Shown here: positions 54,382 to 64,000 of the stretch, one piece after another
Numbering within the stretch: position 1 is the stretch's first letter
Layout of the letters: each line of letters begins with the position of its first letter
From: the human T2T-CHM13v2.0 reference genome, Homo sapiens
Assembly: GCF_009914755.1 (NCBI RefSeq)
Contig: NC_060931.1
DNA: 64,000 nucleotides
Reading direction: 5' to 3' (one strand)
Translations under genes and position numbers: made by a program
Notes under the pieces: generated by a model
What the model was told of the DNA's origin: nothing
The model's input: only the letters and a program-made list of their open reading frames with translations
The model's database searches: none

Positions 54382-55126
54382 TTAGGATGGAAACAATTTA
54401 TTAAAAAATATAAATTATTTATGGGGTATGAGCAGGAATGTATATTACTGAAATAAGTAAAATGTTTTTATCATCTGGAAGACTTTAAGGAGCAAGATAA
54501 GTGCTGCTATATTTGTGAATAGTTTTGGCTCTAAATCACAAAAAATTTTAAGTTAACCTGTGGTAACTACTGACAATTCATCTAGGTAGTCTTTTTCAAT
54601 CAGTGCTAAATTTCTTCATGTATCTTATCTAATTCGGTCTTTCCAAAAAAAAAAAAAAAATCAACATATAAAATTACTTTGGTAGGGTAAAAGATCCTCT
54701 TATTCAACAATTAGTAGCAATACTACGGCTAAACAGTATTCGTTTTTTATTTTTAAATTTTACTTTAAGTTCTGGGATACATGTGCAGAATGTGCAGGTT
54801 TGTTACATACGTATACATGTGCCATGGTGGATTCATTTTGCAGAAGAAAGTTGATTTTTTAAATAGGGAAGAATGTCCTTCAGTAGATATCTGAAATATC
54901 TGAATTCTGGACCAGCCTTTTCGTGCCTTCTAATATTAGCTTTCTCTCTTTTTCCTTACTTTAGAACAGAATACTGTTACTCTTCCAAAACTGCCTTTTA
55001 CTAAATTATATTATAGATGACAGCAAAAAGCAGTGCCGTAGAAATATGCTTTAAGCAAAAAACTATCAGTTCTTAAATTTATTTAATTATGGGAATTCTG
55101 TGTCACATATGGACATAATATATCTA

Positions 55127-55537
<411 letters not shown>

Positions 55538-56795
55538 TTAATGACCTTTAAGATATCTGATGATAGACATAGACACATACTTTATTTACTGGTGCAAAAT
55601 CTAGGAGAAAAACAATCTCTCTAAAACAAGACAGAAATACTAAAAATACTCCCAAGTTTCTGTTTCTTTGATGAAAAAAATCAAAAAGCAAAATAAATGT
55701 AAAAGCCTATATAACAAATACATTTTTAATTAATTATTTAATATTACCTCAACAGCCAATCAATATTAAAAAAAAGGAAATCCCCAGATGGAAACATTTT
55801 CTAATAATGGCCATAATGTTGAAAATATCTGACTTATTCATATTAATCACTAAACTCAAATATAATCCTAAACTACATGCTCTACTATTTAAGAGATATT
55901 GGTCAGTATCATTGGTTCCTGGAGGCTTACATTATTAAACAAAGATTATTTGTTACCTACAAAACAAAGTTAATGTAAATAAAGCCGGGCATATTTCTCA
56001 AGACTTTCTGAAAAATCTCTGCCTTTGTAAGTGAGAGCTTTGTTAAGTAAGCGCTATGGCCTCTCAGCCAAGTTACTATAAATACAAATATTCTATAGGT
56101 CAAGTGAGCCTGAGGAGTATACTCTTTGGAAGTGATCTCTGTTGGCAGGGTTGCATACCTTTCTCATGGCAAACATCCTGAGTTAAGGTACAGTAGCACC
56201 TGGTTCAGAAGAGTTCAGGGCAGTGAATCTTACTGGGGCCTGAATACAGCTGAGTAGAACTCAGATGTCCAGGCAATAGTTCTATATACAGAACAACAAA
56301 ATGACCTCAAGAAAATAGATTCTTTTTAAAAAATGACTGCTACTCTTAAGGAAAAAAAGAGCCACTATCTTTCAGATAACAAGGATACCAATAACCACAT
56401 TTAAATGTTTAATCTGTAGAAAATGTTTACCATTATTACATCATATTATATCACCATGTAGAATTTTCATTATCTCATATGCAATTTTCTAAAATAAAAT
56501 GGTATCCACAATGTCTATTAAGTAGAGCACAATCCATTTTCTACCTTCCATTGATAATTTTCAACATTATAAAGCCTCGACTGCTTGACCAGGCTTCACG
56601 GTTATGATCTACTAAGTAGTTTTATTGTATCACTTAATTTAGTTGTATTACTCACTACTGTATGACTTCCATCCCATTCTATGGATTTTCTGAGAAACAG
56701 CAGGGCTGAGAGAGCAAAAATCTAAAGCACCATTACTACATTCAGAATATATAACAGATACTAACTAGCAAGAGTCAGTAAATATAAATCTTTAA

Positions 56796-57152
<357 letters not shown>

Positions 57153-57869
57153 TAACTACTAAATAAAACATGGCAAGATGAAATGGGAGAATGAAATTAT
57201 ACTGTAAACTTTCTTCTATTAGGACATAATTAAAAGGATAAATTCTCAAATTTCTGAAGTACACTGAAATATCTAAAATATGTTATAAATCTTTTTTTTG
57301 TCTTTTTTAACAGCTCCCTACCTTTGACAAAAATATACACATCCCATATTGGGGGAAAGAAAAACCCAAAAAACACTGCTAGTATTACAGAATCTGAAAA
57401 AAGGCCAAAAGCCTAATAAAATCTCATAATAGAAGTTTCCATTGACACTTTAATTTTCTTAAAAACCACAAAATTAACAAATATTAAGTCATCAAGAATA
57501 ATCACTTAAATGCATTAAAATCAAAGGAATCCAGTAAGCTCTTCCCCACCCACCTTATTTATTCCCACCCACTAAGTTTAAGAAATTATCAAGACCAAGA
57601 AGTAATAAAATAACGAAAAAACAAGATGGAAATCTCAGGTCAGGATTTTCTTGCTTTTAAAAATTTATGACAGACAGCATACAGAAAGCTTGTGGCAGTG
57701 AGTACGTGTGAGACGTACATTCAAAGCATTCCAGCCAGGCCAAACAGAAATTTAGTACTGAAAACTTTCACACTTACAAACACACGCTGTGAGGGTGAGG
57801 CACAAACAGCATCTGTAGTTTTATATTTAGTTTGCTTTGGGTGAAAACAAGAAAGAAGAGCCCAACTAC

Positions 57870-57989
57870 CTCTGAACACTGGGCCAGGCTCAAAATCAAA
57901 CACTATTTCACTGGGGACAGAATGTAGGAGGGGACTGGGAGTCCGGGATTGGTATTTCCGAAGACAGCGCATCAGCTGGTTCAAAGGGG
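57870..57989 (-). CDS. BRAF: BRAF alternative cassette exon 9b (120 nt, in frame), APLNQLMRCLRKYQSRTPSPLLHSVPSEIVFDFEPGPVFR(G)
   Basis: AG at 57990-57991 after a long pyrimidine tract, GT at 57868-57869; phase 1-1 and stop-free; known 40-aa B-Raf insert. Confidence 0.93.
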
Positions 57990-59107
57990 CTGTTAGAAGA
58001 GAAAGAGAGGGGCAGGCAAACACAGGAAGACAGACACACAGAAGAAATGAAAGAAGTCATGGGGAATAAACAAGATGAATTGAAGCCTGTTTCATAAAAT
58101 AATTCTGGACCAAAAATCTGCTTATTTTCATAAAATCCCAATGATTTTTTAAAAAGTGACTCATGAAAAGGACAAGAAATGCCACTTGCTTTTAGGTACT
58201 AAGCAGGCTGTGTTTATGACTAAGTTAATTTTGTGATGCTAACATGATGGCAACATTTAAATGCTGGATGTATTAGGCAAAATTATCAAAAGCCACAGCT
58301 ATTAAGACATACGAAAGTCAAACTGGCAGCAACATTAATTGGCAGGTTCATGAAATAACAAACAGGAAAAAAAAAGCTTGTGTAACTATGTGCTAACATC
58401 AATACCAAGTCCAGAGTATAGAATGCAGGCTTATTATTATTTTGGTTGCTTCATGGGTATACAGAAACATAACAAAAGAAGGTTTATAACAATGTTTACT
58501 CAATGTAAAATATTGTTGAGTCTGGGCTTAGATATTTTGAAGATAAAGAAGGTCACAGTGAAGAGGTCAACTCTAAGCATGATAAGCAGTTATTACAGGT
58601 CTTCCTTACTAGGCAGAAGACAACAGGGAAGGTAAGTGTAAAGGACCTCCTGGAAGAACACTTCAAGACAGTCTCAAATATCACCTCTTATAAAACATTA
58701 TATAGGGTAATGCTTACAAAAAGTATTTTCTTAAGCAATGTTGTCTTATGTGCTAGAGTGAATACTAGATGAAAATTCAGTTGGAAATCTCAATTCAGTT
58801 TCTCATTTGTGTATTTACTGACCTAAGAAGAGGACAAATGGGCTTTGCCATTATGGGTCTGTTCTATAAAATGTACATTTAAAACACTTCCAGAAAGTTG
58901 AAGGAAGTGGTTGATAATGTCTGACAAACCCCCTCTTCAGAATGATTTAGCAAAGTTAAGTTTTATCTGATTCTAAGGTCAATCTTTAAGTATCAGTGGA
59001 GCCCCACAAAGGAAATTTATCAACAATAGCTTTCAAGATGGTTAGAAATTAATAAAGCGGGTATAAAAATTAAGGATCTTTCCTTGGTAAGATATTTTAA
59101 AACTGTA

Positions 59108-59158
59108 GTCTACGGCCATACCATCCTGAACGTGTCCGATCTTGTCTGATCCTGGAAG
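59108..59158 (+). pseudogene. 3'-truncated (tailless) 5S rRNA retropseudogene, nt 1-51
   Basis: GTCTACGGCCATACCATCCTGAACGTGTCCGATCTTGTCTGATCCTGGAAG versus the 5S 5' end GTCTACGGCCATACCACCCTGAACGCGCCCGATCTCGTCTGATCTCGGAAG; 19-bp TSD. Confidence 0.9.
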
Positions 59159-59175
59159 AAATTTTAAAACTGTAG

Positions 59176-59537
<362 letters not shown>

Positions 59538-59728
59538 TCATGTTATAAACTAGTTAACATTTTATTAGAGGTAAATGACAAACACTACAGAAAAACAAAA
59601 AAATTTTGGGTTTCTCTACACATTTTTCTCTGTGTCTGTTACTTGAAAGAGGCAAGTATAAAGGAAATAAGCAGCAAAGCAATTGCAGTTTCCTTGAGTT
59701 TTTAAAAAAACCTGAAATCACTACTTAC

Positions 59729-59765
59729 CTCCATCACCACGAAATCCTTGGTCTCTAATCAAGTC
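59729..59765 (-). CDS. BRAF: BRAF exon 9 (37 nt), DLIRDQGFRGDG(G)
   Basis: AG at 59766-59767, GT at 59727-59728. Confidence 0.97.
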
Positions 59766-60035
59766 CTACAAATAAATAGTAATGTATATTTATTCCAAGC
59801 AAGCATATAATCAGAGAGTAGCGATAACACTGAATTTTCCACTAACGTTAAAAGAATTATTTTATTAATTAAAACAATACATCTTATAACTATTACACAA
59901 AACAATTTGGAATTATCTAGTGAACATAATACAATCTAAATTTTGAAGCACTTGCCAATGTAAACCTATAATGAAACAATTATTAGTCCTAATCAAATGT
60001 TGATGTCCATTTCAGGCCATTCAAAACCAATGGCT

Positions 60036-60340
60036 TCCATTATCCTCAACAATCTAATGCAGGAGCAGAAAACCAAATACTGTGTTTTCTCACTTATAAG
60101 TGGGAGCTGAATGATAAGAACAAGTGGACACATGGGGGAAACAACACATACTGGGGCCTGTTGGAGGGTGGATGGTAAAAGGAGGAAGAGCAACAGAAAG
60201 AATAACTAATGGATGCTGTGCTTCATACCGAGGTAATGGGATAATCTGTGTGGCAAACCGCTGTGGCACATGTTGACCTACGTAACAACCCTGCACATCC
60301 TGCACATGTACCCCTGAACTTTGGAAATAAATAAATTTTT
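60036..60340 (+). mobile_element. Older L1PA 3' end
   Basis: CAGAAAACCAAATAC...TTCTCACTTATAAGTGGGAGCTGAA...CTGCACATGTACCCCTGAACTT; flanking aatggcttc repeat. Confidence 0.82.
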
Positions 60341-60394
60341 AAAAAATGGCTTCATCAATCCTTAAAAAAAATTATACTGGTGCACATTAAGAGA

Positions 60395-60640
60395 GATAAA
60401 AATGTTCATATCCTTTGATTCTGTAATTCTACTTCTGGGAACTTTTCTTAAGGAAATAATTCAGAAGAAAAAGTGATATGCACAAAGATGTTTAGTGCAA
60501 CATTATCCATCATACTAAAAAGTTATAAATAATTATTTCTCTATTATAGGCATTTTGACATATTTTGGTTAAGAAAATTATGGTGTATCAATTTAATGAA
60601 GTATTATGCAGCTACCAAAATAATTATGAAGCTTGAATCA
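60395..60640 (+). mobile_element. Ancient L1 (L1M/L1ME-like) ORF2-end fragment containing the exon-8b orthologue in antisense
   Basis: Aligns by eye to the in-window L1 at 38098-38300 (catatcctttgattctgtaattctacttctggga vs ataccatttgacccagccatcccattactgggt; ggttaagaaaattatgg...tattatgcagc vs ggattaagaaaatgtgg...tactatgcagc). Confidence 0.75.
60412..60447 (-). pseudogene. Degenerate orthologue of mouse Braf exon 8b (EKFPEVELQNQR) with both splice sites non-canonical
   Basis: 36 nt reading GAA AAG TTC CCA GAA GTA GAA TTA CAG AAT CAA AGG; flanks ccttAA| and |ATatga; mouse peptide recalled as EKFPEVELQDQR. Confidence 0.75.
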
Positions 60641-60781
60641 TGAAACATGTTTATAGTATAATTTAAAAATATAAAATTAAAAGTACACTGGTTACAATCA
60701 TAAAAATATGGATGGATAAGGGCACACTAGAAGAGGAAAGAAACAAAGTGGCTCATAGAAAGGTTTTGTTAAAATTTGTCC

Positions 60782-63350
<2,569 letters not shown>

Positions 63351-64000
63351 CTATCCTCTTTTGTCATTCCTTCACAGCCAAGCTTCTCAAAATTAACACT
63401 TAATCCTACTTCCTCACCTGCTGCCTTCTCCTCTTACTGGCCCTCTAAAACAGCTCTCAATGAAGTAAAGATGACATTTCAATTGCCAAAATTGATAGTC
63501 CTTTCAGTCTTTATCTCATTTGAATCGTAATGGCAACTGACACCAACTACTTTGGTATTCTTGAAACCCCTTTTCTTCCTTTGGCTTCTGCAACACTTGT
63601 TCTTAGTTATCTGGGGCTAGACTTAGGAAGAGCCAGCCCATAAAGGAGACAGAGAGTCTCTGCCTGCACCTCCAATGTTAATGTTTATCAGGGTTACATT
63701 TTCTCCCCTTTTCAATTTACATATGCTCTTTGAGCAATTTACATCCATGGCTTTAACTGACATAAATATGCTAATTACTCCTAAATCTGTATCTCTACTC
63801 AAGGTCCTTATATCCAACTGCTACTGGATTTCTAAACCTGAAAGTCCCACAGGCATCTTAAAGTCAATATATGCCCCCAAAAAGCTAAAATTGCTGCTTC
63901 TGCAAACCTTGTTTTCCTTTGGTATTTAACAAACTGTGCTATTTACCAGAAACTCGGTCTATAAGCTAAGTATCTATAAGCCAGAAACCTGGCATTATCC

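Noticed and set aside
59108-59158. Functional 5S rRNA gene
   Set aside because: Only 51 of about 120 nt, with CpG decay, no box C and a TSD; it is a retrocopy.

Overview
Human (hominid) genomic DNA covering the 3' half of BRAF (7q34) on the minus strand. It holds coding exons 9-18 (kinase domain; G464/G466/G469, D594, L597, V600 and K601 all wild type), the 120-nt cassette exon 9b, a candidate 82-nt poison exon in intron 16, a U12-type intron 14 and a 3'UTR with several AATAAA sites. The introns are repeat-rich: about 40 Alus (including a young AluYa5 and an AluY), a 5.8-kb L1PA interrupted by an antisense SVA, shorter L1 pieces, MaLR/ERVL solo LTRs, hAT/Tigger remnants and a tailless 5S rRNA retrocopy. 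No prokaryote-type system (CRISPR, defence locus etc.) is present. The most notable observation is a 36-nt segment in intron 8 encoding EKFPEVELQNQR, matching mouse Braf exon 8b as I recall it. It is the antisense of an ancient L1 ORF2 fragment and both of its splice sites are non-canonical here, suggesting a transposon-born exon that has died in this lineage. Repeat subfamily names and comparisons with consensus or mouse sequences are from memory and need RepeatMasker or alignment confirmation.
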